A stretch of DNA of 63,988 bases, the filler included, from Octopus bimaculoides (taxonomy: Eukaryota), in the NCBI RefSeq assembly GCF_001194135.2. It is 10 parts of 8 records of this genome, joined end to end, with 100 filler letters (N's around TTAATTAATTAA, not from the genome) between each part and the next. Parts side by side here need not be neighbours in the genome. Positions count along the whole stretch, not along the records: positions 19,403 to 37,232 come from NC_069001.1; positions 37,333 to 40,867 come from NC_068984.1; 8 more parts are not named here. The stretch is one strand, 5' to 3'. Below, piece by piece: positions 25,052 through 37,682 of the stretch (position 1 is the stretch's first letter; each line of letters begins with the position of its first letter). Below the pieces are notes generated by a model, which saw only the letters and a program-made list of their open reading frames with translations, made no database searches and had not been told where the DNA came from. The position numbers and the translations under genes are program-made.

Positions 25052-26439
25052 NNNNNNNNNNNNNNNNNNNNNNNNNNNNNNNNNNNNNNNNNNNNNNNNN
25101 NNNNNNNNNNNNNNNNNNNNNNNNNNNNNNNNNNNNNNNNNNNNNNNNNNNNNNNNNNNNNNNNNNNNNNNNNNNNNNNNNNNNNNNNNNNNNNNNNNNN
25201 NNNNNNNNNNNNNNNNNNNNNNNNNNNNNNNNNNNNNNNNNNNNNNNNNNNNNNNNNNNNNNNNNNNNNNNNNNNNNNNNNNNNNNNNNNNNNNNNNNNN
25301 NNNNNNNNNNNNNNNNNNNNNNNNNNNNNNNNNNNNNNNNNNNNNNNNNNNNNNNNNNNNNNNNNNNNNNNNNNNNNNNNNNNNNNNNNNNNNNNNNNNN
25401 NNNNNNNNNNNNNNNNNNNNNNNNNNNNNNNNNNNNNNNNNNNNNNNNNNNNNNNNNNNNNNNNNNNNNNNNNNNNNNNNNNNNNNNNNNNNNNNNNNNA
25501 TATATATATATATATATATATATAGGTAAATGATAGGATTGCTTCAATTTTTCAGGGGTAGTCTGAAGTATCCAAGCAACCAGGGGATGTTTAAATCCGG
25601 AGGCACTCCTGAGAATTACTTGTGTGGGTACCGTCTTGGTTAGAGGGTATCCAGAGGCAGGTAATTTATTATATATATATATATATACACACACACAAAT
25701 ACACACACACATACATATATGCATATATATATGTGTGCGTATATGTATGTACATACATATATATTTATATAAATATACATACATATGTATTATAGATACA
25801 TGCATATATGTATATGTATATAAGTGTGTGTGTGTGTATATATATANNNNNNNNNNNNNNNNNNNNNNNNNNNNNNNNNNNNNNNNNNNNNNNNNNNNNN
25901 NNNNNNNNNNNNNNNNNNNNNNNNNNNNNNNNNNNNNNNNNNNNNNNNNNNNNNNNNNNNNNNNNNNNNNNNNNNNNNNNNNNNNNNNNNNNNNNNNNNN
26001 NNNNNNNNNNNNNNNNNNNNNNNNNNNNNNNNNNNNNNNNNNNNNNNNNNNNNNNNNNNNNNNNNNNNNNNNNNNNNNNNNNNNNNNNNNNNNNNNNNNN
26101 NNNNNNNNNNNNNNNNNNNNNNNNNNNNNNNNNNNNNNNNNNNNNNNNNNNNNNNNNNNNNNNNNNNNNNNNNNNNNNNNNNNNNNNNNNNNNNNNNNNN
26201 NNNNNNNNNNNNNNNNNNNNNNNNNNNNNNNNNNNNNNNNNNNNNNNNNNNNNNNNNNNNNNNNNNNNNNNNNNNNNNNNNNNNNNNNNNNNNNNNNNNN
26301 NNNNNNNNNNNNNNNNNNNNNNNNNNNNNAATAACGTTGAGAACCCCTTTTTTCACACCTATTCAATAGATCTCCCGTTAGTGTCAATGGCTGTTTTAGT
26401 TTGGGGTCGGAGGTATTGACAAGCCTGAATCAGAAGATC

Positions 26440-26900
26440 TTCTTCAAGTTTGGATGTAATTCCTGTTTATGGCAGACTAGAGAGAGATTGTGTGTTGTTA
26501 TGGGGGTGATTGACCCCCTCACCCTTGGCTAAGACTCCTATGTAATAGTCCAGTGGATTGAGGTCTGGTGAGCCAGGAGGCCATGTGTCTGGGAGAACAT
26601 GATCATGGAGAATGGTGCACATCCATGCTTGGGCTGTCTGAATCTGGCTGGAAGACATATGGTCTTCCGTTGTGTACTCTGTCTCTCCAGGGTCTCACCT
26701 CCGTATAGACAGCAGCATTGACTTTGGAAAAAAACAAGGGGACGTAACTTCTGCCGACTCCCAGAACTATTGTCGTTGCTGGCAACTTAGTATGCATGAC
26801 CGTTGGAACCTCATTTGGGTCTCTACCAAACCACCTGTTGGTCTTTCGGTTTATCTTTTGGTACTGATTAAGATTTTGTCATCAGGAAAAATCAAAGCAT
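26440..26900 (-). pseudogene. IS630-Tc1-mariner transposase remnant (maT/DD37D-like)
   Basis: GRPYVFQPDS and WPPGSPDLNPLDYY in broken frames. Confidence 0.7.
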
Positions 26901-28396
26901 TCCATCCTCTTGGTGTTTCCAAGTGTTGTGTCTGTGAATGTGATTACAGAATGAAGATGGGCTGAAGATCTTGCATGTATATGGCCATGCAAGGTTCAAT
27001 GAAGTGTCGGCACTCTTCTGATAAGAAGGAACAATAGTCCTATCTATGTCTATGTGTATAAAGAAATAAATATATAAGTGAAGCAATTATAAATGGTGAG
27101 GCACAACATTCCTGAATCTCTTTCACACATTAAGGTTAGTTCTAATCAAACAACACTTTGATAAGATTTGTTCCAGTTTTGACAATCCTGTCTTAGTCTA
27201 TAAATGACTACATTCTCCTGCCTGTCCTTTCTGTAGCAGCTTAAATGAAATGAAATGGTTGCGCTTATAGACTGAATATGTAGCAAATTTGGAAGAACTC
27301 TAAAGCAGGAATATAACTATATAGACCGAGTTGTGGAGTTATTAAAACAGTGATTCCATTACAGAGTTACATCAATCATAATGTCACAACAATCATTAAA
27401 ATATAACCTCAAATCTATCAACCCTTTCGTAATTAACACATCGTATACAGGTTGTGGGATTCTATTTCTAATTTTTAAATTGAATAAATCTCCTCCAACG
27501 TGTTTATTAACGAGCAAATGACTGGCCAAATATGATAAATTTTGAATGATTGATTGGATTCAAAGTTTACTTAGACATTATTCAGAGTGATTAATGAATG
27601 TTAGAAGAGGACATTTCCTCTGAAAATTTAAGAAAATCTCATTTTGAGTTGACATTCAAACAAGACTTTCAGTGACGAATAAATTAGCAAGAAATATTTG
27701 TAATATTTTAATTACATTAACCTTTATATGTCACATACAATGTGCGGGAGAATTATTTTTCAAATATATAATAATCCAAAATTGTTTTTTTAAAATTCTT
27801 CTTCTTGACTTAACTTAGTAAAGTTAGAAGACATCTACATACCTGCACGCACAAAAAAATGGAATTTTCCTGTGATGTGACTTTTAAATTAATACAAAAT
27901 GATTTCATCATCATCATTGTCATTTAACATCCATTTTCCATGCTGGCATGGGTAGGACAGTTTCACCAGAGCTGACAAGTTAGAAAGCTGTACCAGGTTC
28001 CAGCCTGATTTACCTTGGTTCTGCCCTTCCTAATGCCAACCACTTTACAGTGCATGCTGCCTGCTTTTAACGTGGCACCAACACCTGTGCCTTTTATCTG
28101 GATTGGCTTTCAAAGTACAGAAAACTTTGTTAGTATGAAAATGAATTAATGTTGGTGTAGGGGTGGCTGTGTGGTAAGAAGTTTGCTTCCCAACCACATA
28201 GATTCAGGTTCAATATCACTGCATAGCACCTTGGGCAAGTTTCCTTTGCTTTGGCCATGGGCCAACAAAAACCTTATGAATGGATTTGGTTGCTATGTAT
28301 ATACACATGATGGGATTCTTTCAGTTTCCATCCACCAAATCCATTCATAAGATTTTTGTTGGCCCACACACACAGACATATATATGTATATATTTT

Positions 28397-28740
28397 TTAT
28401 TCTTTTACTTGTTTCAGTCATTTTGACTGTGGCCATGCTGGAGCACCACCTTCAGTTGAACAAATTGACTCCAGGACTTATTCTTTGGAAGCCTAGTACT
28501 TATTCTATCGGTCTCTTTTAAACATACCAGCATCGGTTGTCAAGCGATGTCGGGGGCCAAACACAGACACACAAACATATACACACACATACATATAAAT
28601 ATATACATATATACGATGGGCTTCTTCCAGTTTCCGTCTACCAAATCCACTCACAAGGCTTTGGTCGGCCCGAAGCAATAGCAGAAGACACTTGCCCAAG
28701 GTGCCATGCAGTAGGACTGAACCCAGGACCATGTGGTTGG
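28397..28740 (-). mobile_element. SINE family A
   Basis: Reverse complement of the family consensus seen elsewhere in the window. Confidence 0.75.
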
Positions 28741-28875
28741 TAGGCCTCATGGAGGCAAAGTGACTGAGTTCCTTTNNNNNNNNNNNNNNNNNNNNNNNNN
28801 NNNNNNNNNNNNNNNNNNNNNNNNNNNNNNNNNNNNNNNNNNNNNNNNNNNNNNNNNNNNNNNNNNNNNNNNNNN

Positions 28876-28919
<44 letters not shown>

Positions 28920-29130
28920 ATAGGTACATTTTTGGTCCAACTGATGCCAGTATAGAAGACGGAAGTTAAATGATGATGATGTATGTGTGCGTTTGTTTAT
29001 ATACATTTATATAAAATCATACACACACACACACACACATACACACACAATTTTATAATGACTTGCCATGTTTGGTGAGAAATTATGACTCAGTTTTGCT
29101 GGTTTTACCATTCTTACTAACAGTACATAG

Positions 29131-29164
<34 letters not shown>

Positions 29165-30011
29165 TGTATGTGTGCGCGTGCGCGTGTGTGAGCGCATGTG
29201 TCTTCGTATGTGTGTCCATGCATGTACGTGTGTGTGTGTGTGTTCAGTCATGCATGTGATTCTTAGAAATTGTCTATGTTTAGTAACTGAACGTTTAAAT
29301 GCGAAATGGGAAATGGCGTGACAATTCACTTCATGGATTAAACCTTGTTGGTATTTATAAAAATATATAATAAATAGAAAATAATAATAAATATATATAA
29401 AACCGTTTATTTATTTCTTTTCCTCTGTAATCTAACACCATTGTCATTAATCATAAATCACATCGCTAACTGGAATAGCTGACGTTTCTTTCTTATAACA
29501 TAATTTTTTTTTTTTCTCAGAAAAAAATTTAAAAAATTACCATTAACCGGATTTTATGAAAAAGAGCAATTTTGCTATATCTTTCAATGAAATATATTTT
29601 CTTAAAAATTTTATTTCAATGTTTTCTGGCTGATTAATTCTTCTTACTGTGTTAGTGCGAACGGTTGACGTAATAGCCTTTTCTGCGGAACTGTTATTTG
29701 AAGCTGTTGCTAAGATACCGACGCGACTCCCTAAAAAATACTGTAAACATGTCGACTGTAAAATATCTTAATCCGGCTCAGAATATAAATACATAAGATA
29801 TTTCTTGTAACTTGTTTTTTCTACTGGAAAAAAGAATTCATATATTTATTAATTTATACCTTTATAAATATTATTTAAACTTGTTTTAATTTATTAAAAA
29901 AAAAAGAAGCAAAACAAATAATTAAAATTTTCAAATCTAAAAAGACGTGAGAAAGTTGAAAGAGGAAGAAAACGAAAGAGGAATCAAAATAAATAAATAA
30001 TAATAATAATA

Positions 30012-30404
30012 ATGGATAAAACAGAAAGGGTTTCGGCTAAAATGCCAGAACTAACGATTGGGGCAGAAGAATGGCGTAACAGGACCCTGCGAGGAATGAA
30101 GGTGTCGCACGGAATAATGCAGAGAAATGAGAAATACGTGGCCGCCAGAAAGTCGACAGATCCGTCGCCTTTCCTCAGAGATTTCCTCGTCCGTCATGCA
30201 AATGATGCTATATTGAAATATTGTCGCTTAATGAGGGAGGTGACGGTGAAATTAAGACAGACGGTGGTGAAGGTGAATTATGAGATTGTCTCCAGCACCA
30301 GATGTAAAGAGAGGCTGGAGAAGGAACTGGACTACATCAGGAAGGACATTGTGACGAACAGGGAGAGCCAGGCGACCAGGAGATTTCGACCGGAACGGGA
30401 ATTG
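30012..30404 (+). CDS. TEKTL1: First coding exon (131 codons) of a tektin-like protein, CCDC105/TEKTL1 homologue
   Basis: ATG at 30012, donor TTG|GTGAGA at 30404/30405. TIGAEEWRNRTL resembles the CCDC105 N-terminus (VGAPAWRE). The coiled coil ends IRKDIVTNRESQATRRFRPEREL, matching the tektin R-x-x-RP-x-x-E signature. Confidence 0.75.
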
Positions 30405-30454
30405 GTGAGACATCGTTTTCCTTTGATTTTTGATTTTCTAAAGGAAGGGGTGCT

Positions 30455-30840
30455 ACGTTTAGCCCTGGGTCAGGCCTTATCCAGTGGACCTAATACAACT
30501 ATGACCATCCCGTCGTTTATTCACACATAGTGTATCTAGGACTACATTATATAATGTGTTCTTCCTGGTTGTTGTTGCTTACCCCCCCCCCACGTTTGCG
30601 CTGGTCAGACCAGACCTAAGATGACCATACTCTGGCCATGACCATCCCATCTTTTATTCAGATATAGTGTATCTTAGACTACATTATCTAATGTGCTCTT
30701 TGCTGCTTCATATTTGCTGTGGCTATTTAACCCCAGGTCAGCCCTTAGATTAACCACACCTGTGATCAAAGACATTCCAGCCTTGGCTACCACACCTTTT
30801 TCCAATACCCAGGGAACTTAAGACTACAATGTCCAAGAAG
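30455..30840 (+). repeat. Three diverged tandem units of about 130 bp just after the TEKTL1 donor
   Basis: Recurring tttagccc/ttaacccc...gaccatcc...atagtgtatct...gactacattat motifs; related pieces near 31090-31280 and 33410-33600. Confidence 0.55.
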
Positions 30841-31401
30841 TAGCACAGCTAAAGTGGGGTGGGGTAAGGAGGTCAGTTCACTTTCGGTGATGCTTTTATG
30901 AGGGTGGCACTTTTGGGAGTCTGCTATAAGAGGTGGGGGCTGGTGGAGGAGGCGGAAAAGGCACAGGCTCCCTCAGATGGCACACATTGTGGACATACTG
31001 TTGATAATGGGGATTATTTGAAAAAAGATTTAGCTGTTATTTCTAGCAGCTCAAGTGACCACATAGAGGCTCTTTTGTTGTCTTAAGATGAAGATGTTGC
31101 CATTGTTTAGCCCTAGGCTGGCCATGATTCAGCAGACGTTCTAACTATGATCATCTCATCTTAATTTCACAGTATTTGTAGGATCACATCAATGTGTCCC
31201 TCTATTTTGTAAGATGGTACAGTATGATTTGAGGGAGACTTAGCTGCCATTTCTAACAGATTGAATGACCACATAGACTGTCTGCTGCTGTTGTGATTAT
31301 ATTCGTAACATCCTTTCAGTTTATGATGACAAATTGAAACGAAAAATGTTGGTTTCAAATTTTGGCACAAGGCCAGCAATTTCAGGGGAGATGGTTTAGT
31401 T

Positions 31402-31697
31402 CAGGGGTTTTCAAACTTTTTGACTTGCGGACACCTTTATATTTCAGGCTTTACCTTAGGGACCCCCTTATAAACGCTTATGAAATTTATACATAAATAT
31501 TTGCTTAAAATAACATATTTTTACATTTATTTATTTAACAGTATTTAACAAATAGGTTTATTGTCAATTAAAAGATTTCAATTAAAAAAACATATATAAA
31601 ATCAAATTGCCCATAAAAAGTATTTGCTGTTCACGGACCCCCTGTCTTGTCCTTGCGGACCCCCCGTGGTCCGCGAACCACAGTTTGAAAACCCCTG
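31402..31697. mobile_element. hAT-type MITE (296 bp) nested in a SINE remnant
   Basis: Perfect 16-bp TIR caggggttttcaaact; 8-bp flanks gtttagtt/gtttagcc (6/8 match) with central TA. Confidence 0.85.
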
Positions 31698-32257
31698 GTT
31701 TAGCCACCTACATCAACCCCAGTAACTCAGAACATAACGACATTGAAGCTAAAATAATTATTAACTTGCTTCAACACCCTGGTGGACGTGTCACGTATGC
31801 ACCCCACCCATTTTTGTTTGTTTCATTTTCTTCAAATACTTCCAAAGATTCATGTTTTCAACAATAAAGATTACAATTTTGCCCTCCAAAACTAGTTTTT
31901 TCAAATTCCTAATTCTTCCCCACCCCTCCACTCATAAACATTTTCTTCTAAAATTACAGTTTTTTTTTTCCTCCTCTCAAAACATCTATTTTGATTCCCT
32001 ACAATAAATCTTGATTTTCATCACATTCATCATCATCATCATCATCATCTAATGTCTACTTTTCCTGCTGATATGGGTTGGATAGAGATTATTGAGGCAG
32101 CTTTTCTTCAGCAGGATGCCTTTCCTGTTGCAAACCCTTATCTCTTTCCAAGTAAAGTAATATTTCCCTATGACCAAATATAGAATATTGGAAATGAATA
32201 GACTCTGCTTGTAGGACAGTGACACTCATTTACAACTATCATACAATGTCAAGTTGA

Positions 32258-32328
<71 letters not shown>

Positions 32329-32335
32329 ATATATA

Positions 32336-32525
32336 ATGAGTTCAAATTCTGCTAAGGTTGACTTTGCCTTTTATCCTTTCGGAGTCAATTAAATAAGTAC
32401 CAGTTGAATACTGGAGGTCGATCTAATTGACTTAATCCCTTCCTCCAAATTTCAGGCCTTGTACCATTAGTAGAAAGGATTATTATTATTATTATTACTA
32501 TTATTATTATTATTATTATTATTAC

Positions 32526-32570
<45 letters not shown>

Positions 32571-33020
32571 GGTGGAGAGCTGGCAGAATTATTGGCACAT
32601 GGGACAAAATGCTTAGCAGCATTTTGTCTGTCTTTATACATTCTGAGTTCAAATTCCACTGCGGTTGACTTTGTCTTCAAGGTCAATAAAATAGATACCA
32701 GTCAGACACTGGGGGTTGATGTAATCGACTTTCTCTTCCCTTCAGAAACTGCTGTGGCTCTGGGCCAACATGTCCAGCATTTATTATTAAAATGGTAACC
32801 TGGCAGAATTGTTGGAAGATGGGGAAAAATTCCCAGTTGTATTTGTTGTGTTTTTTTTTTTATTATATCTTGAGTTCAAATCCTGTGAACGTCAGTTTTT
32901 GCTTTCCATTGTTTTGGGTTAATAAAATACAGTTGCAGTGAAGGTCTGAGGTGGATGGTATCGCCTTACAACCCCTCCCCTCAAAATTGTTGGTCTTCCA
33001 CCGAAATTCGAAGCCATTCT
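32336..33020 (+). mobile_element. Cluster of three family-B SINEs separated by (TTA)n
   Basis: Three gagttcaaa-containing units with the same core as 553-985. Confidence 0.7.
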
Positions 33021-33805
33021 TGTCGGTGGATTAGCAATTTCAAGACAAAAACGGTGAAGCAGTGAAGTGAAGAGGCAGATTTACCATTCCAGTGAGTCTT
33101 TGATGCTAACTGGGAGTTATTAGTTCACTTTGGTCCCTACTGCAGCATAAACGAATAGGATTACAGTTGCTTTGTCTGCTGATGTAGAAAGGAAGTGGGG
33201 GAGGGGGAAGAGGGGGAGGAGGAAGAGGGGGCGGAAGGGATTACTACAGCTTCTGCTCTCTCCCCACCCCCCTGCATCCCTCCCCCCTAACACATCTCTC
33301 TCTGCTGCATCTATCAAGCATTATGATTAATTAAGCCATTTCTGTGTAGCATTAACGAAGGCTGGGGGCGAGGAAATACCACCATGTGTGATGGCTGTTG
33401 TTGTTGTTGTTGTTTAACCCTAGGTTTGAGACTGATTGGACAGGCATATGATCAGAGACGATCCACTTATGACCACCATTGTCTATTATGTGTTTTTCTG
33501 TATCGATGAATTAAACTGCCTAATGTGGCCTTCATGTATTTTTTTAAAGTTTTAGCTGCTGTTTCTAGGAGACTGAAGACCACATAGAGGTCACCTAATT
33601 GGATTGTTGTTAGTGGTGGTGATGGTGTTGCTGGTGTGGTGAGTATGTGGTGATGGTGGTGGAGGTGAGGATGATGGTGTTTGTGGTGGTTAGGTCCTGT
33701 TGTCAATGGCTATTGTTGTTGTTGTTGTTGGTAGTGGTGTTGGATGATGTAAAAAGCCAGTTAATGTCCACACAACTCCATTAGCTGATGGCCAAACGCC
33801 AGGGT

Positions 33806-33945
33806 CATGTACCAAGAGCCATACACCAGATACATACACCAGATCCATGTACCAACAACATACCCCAAGACCATACACCAGATCCATGTACCAACAACAT
33901 ACCCCAAGACCATACACCAGATCCATGTACCAACAACATACCCCA
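33806..33945. repeat. 39-bp minisatellite (about 3 copies plus a partial unit)
   Basis: Unit catacaccagatccatgtaccaacaacataccccaagac at 33833, 33872 and 33911. Confidence 0.9.
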
Positions 33946-34378
33946 GGGTGATACATCAAATCTATATCCCTTGTAACATGCCCATACCGCAGCCCTGTAC
34001 TTTCTGGCCAGGGTCCCCCCCCCCCCGCTGTTAACAATAGCTAGTGTGGTATATTCTGCCCCTGCGCAACTGAGTTCAAATCCCAGTTAATACAATAATA
34101 GCAGCTATATACTGGGACCACACTGGACTGTCTCTCTCTCTCTCTCTCTCTCTTCTTCCCTTTAAACTACAGGGACATTAACTTAATATTAGTATTTCTC
34201 TCAGGAAATGGATTACTGCCACAACATCACTGTTTCTTATAAGACACTGTGTGTGTGTGTGTGGGGGGGGGCACTGTTTGTGTGTTGTGTATATGTGTGT
34301 GTCTGTTGTGTGTGTGTGTGCGCGAGTGTATGTACTATACACGTATGTATTTGTATCATATATTGTGAATGTATGTGT

Positions 34379-34409
<31 letters not shown>

Positions 34410-34672
34410 TTGCGTTGTGTATGTTTGTGTGTAGTTTACTGTGCATGTGTGTGTGTGCTTACTTGCTCGTACTTGCCCTTATGTACAGACCTGTTTGTAC
34501 ATGCATATATACCCATGACTGCACACATACACACAGTCACTGGTGTAAAAAAGTAGATAGACAAGAGATAAGACCTTGATTGGCACAAAAGTACATGGCA
34601 CAAGAGAGGTAAATGATCCACTCGTTAGAAATAGCAGCTATACCTCTTACATATCACAAACTGAGATGGACA

Positions 34673-35088
34673 TACTCTTTTACTCTTTACTCTTTTACTT
34701 GTATCAGTCATTTGACTGTGGCCATGCTGGAGCACCGCCTTTAGTCGAGAAAATCGACCCCAGGACTTATTCTTTGTAAGCCTAGTACTTATTCTATCGG
34801 TCTCTTTTTGCCAAACCGCTAAGTTATGGGGACGTAAACACACCAGCATCGGTTGTCAAGCGATGGTGGGGGGGACAAACACAGACACGCAAACACACAT
34901 ACATATATATATTTATACATATATACAACGGGCTTCTTTCAGTTTTTGTCTACCAAATCCGCTCACAAGGCTTTGGTCGGCCCGAGGCTATAGTAGAAGA
35001 CACCTGCCCAAGGTGCCACGCGGTGGGACTGAACCCAGAACCATGTGGTTGGTAAGCAAGCTACTTACCACACAGCCACTCCTGCGCC
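34673..35088 (-). mobile_element. SINE family A, near full length
   Basis: Minus strand ggcgcaggagtggctgtgtggtaag...ggttcagtcc...(TA)n...aagtaaaagagtaaaagag. Confidence 0.85.
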
Positions 35089-36081
35089 TGTTAAATAATG
35101 TTGTCTTAGATATCTTGATCATAGGGGCTGGATCAGGTGGTGTTGTTGTTGCTGTTGTTGTTATTGTTGATTATCAGACCCTCTGAAAGATTTTGGTCTG
35201 ATAATTGCAGATGCCACGGAACTCAGTGGATCAATTAGAGAACCCCTGCATACATGGATTTATATACACGCACCTATACATCACACACACACACACACAC
35301 ATGCATATATATANNNNNNNNNNNNNNNNNNNNNNNNNNNNNNNNNNNNNNNNNNNNNNNNNNNNNNNNNNNNNNNNNNNNNNNNNNNNNNNNNNNNNNN
35401 NNNNNNNNNNNNNNNNNNNNNNNNNNNNNNNNNNNNNNNNNNNNNNNNNNNNNNNNNNNNNNNNNNNNNNNNNNNNNNNNNNNNNNNNNNNNNNNNNNNN
35501 NNNNNNNNNNNNNNNNNNNNNNNNNNNNNNNNNNNNNNNNNNNNNNNNNNNNNNNNNNNNNNNNNNNNNNNNNNNNNNNNNNNNNNNNNNNNNNNNNNNN
35601 NNNNNNTATATATATATATATTCTGCTCAATACCACAGATTTGCTTGTCAGTTGTTTGACCATAACCAGTTGAGCATGTCCCTTGGTGGCTGACAATATG
35701 TGCATCTCTGATCACAAGCAGAAGTAGTGGGGGAGCATCATTGCCATGTGTTGAGAGGAATTCTTTGGGGTTTGGATAATTCACCTCTGGAAACATGAGT
35801 GTTCTGTTCATCATCCTTAAACAACCCTTATTCAGGGACCTTTTGATTGGGATGGGTTACTTCACCTGAAGAAATTCTAACTGGGCCACACCTTCAAGGT
35901 CATGCACTGTTTATCTTGATATGAGATCACTATGTTGCACACATATGGTTGTGATGCATGTGCCTGGTGTACCCTTATCAGACGGGTAATCATGATGGGT
36001 GGTATACTGGACTTTGTATATTTGTACCCCAATGTCACTTTGATGGCATGTGTTGCTTTCTCACTTAATAACAATAATAAT

Positions 36082-36297
36082 AATCCTTTCTACTATAGGC
36101 ACAAGGCCTGAAATTTTGGTGGAAGGGACTAGTCGATTACATCGACCCAGTATTTCACTGGTATTTAATTTATCGACCCTGAAAGGATGAAAGGCAAAGT
36201 TGACCTCGGCGGAATTTGAACTCAGAACATTCTGACAGGAGAAATGCCGCTAAGCATTTTGCCTGGTGTGCTAACAGTTCTGCTAGCTTGCCGCCTT
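36082..36297 (-). mobile_element. SINE family B, near full length, between (TAA)n tracts
   Basis: Minus strand aaggcggcaagctagcagaa...gagttcaaattcc...agtagaaaggatta. Confidence 0.8.
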
Positions 36298-36901
36298 ATA
36301 ATAATAATAATGATAATAATAATAATAATAATAATAAGGATTTCATTTATTTGCCATCAAATAATGATGATGATGATGCATAATTTCCATTCTTGGCAGC
36401 AGCAGTATTGTTGCAGTTTTCTGTCACCATAGCGATTGCACCAGTCCCTCCCCCTCCATCCCAGTACCTGACAAACTCCAAAAGGTCACCCACCAGTGAA
36501 GTAGACTAGTATATCCTGTTTGTTCCCTCATTCACACAGGACAGTCCATACATGACAATCCACACTGACTAATTAGGGCGGTAAGGCTGCTGTTGCTATG
36601 TCAGAATATCAAATCTTTGTTTTGTTTTGTTTTTGCTCAATTTTTCTTCTTTCTTTTTATTTTTATTTGATTTTAAAAATTAGAAATTTCTCATTGTTCA
36701 TCTTTTGACAGACTGGAAACAAAAAAAAAAAAGAAAAACATATAAACCAGGTGTAGGTGTGTGGTAGGAAGTTTGCCTCTCAACCATATGATTTCTGGTT
36801 CAGCTCCACTGCATGGCACTTTGGGCAAGTGTCTTCTACTATAACCCTAGGCTGACCAGAGGATTTCATAGATAGAAACTGAAAAAAGTCCATCTTATGC
36901 A

Positions 36902-36930
<29 letters not shown>

Positions 36931-36932
<2 letters not shown>

Positions 36933-37232
36933 CATCATCATCATCATCATCATTGTTTAACGTCCGCTTTCCATGCTAGCATGGGTTGGACGACTTGACT
37001 GAGGACTGGTGAAACCGGATGGCAACACCAGGCTCCAATCTAAATTTGGCAGAGTTTCTACAGCTGGATGCCCTTCCTAACGCCAACCACTCAGAGAGTG
37101 TAGTAGGTGCTTTTACGTGTCACCTGCACGAAGGCCAGTCAGGCGATACTGGCAACGGCCATGCTTGAAATGGTGTCTTTTATGTGCCACCCGCACAAGC
37201 CAGTCCAGGGGCACTGGCAACGATCTCGCTCG
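36931..37232 (-). mobile_element. RTE-type LINE 3' tail
   Basis: Same sequence as 7235-7655 without the insert; (TGA)n tail. Confidence 0.75.
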
Positions 37233-37629
37233 NNNNNNNNNNNNNNNNNNNNNNNNNNNNNNNNNNNNNNNNNNNNTTAATTAATTAANNNNNNNNNNNN
37301 NNNNNNNNNNNNNNNNNNNNNNNNNNNNNNNNTTGCTCGTAGCGTAGTTTTTTAAGGCTAGCAGATCGGTATTCATCTGTATTTTTTTTGTTGATAGATT
37401 TATTTCCGAGCATAGTGTATTTTTGTGTGTGTGTGTGTGGCGTTTTAAACTTATGAATGGTTCACTGTCTGTGTTTGTTCACAAAATGAAAATAAATAAA
37501 GAAGAAAAAAAAAAGTTTTGGTTTTGCTTCGTTTGTGATATGTGTTTTCGTATGCGTGAGTGTGTCCTGTGATTTTCACGTAGTTGTGTAAACATTAAGA
37601 TGCATGTGTAGTTCTATGGGTATCAAAAC

Positions 37630-37679
<50 letters not shown>

Positions 37680-37682
<3 letters not shown>

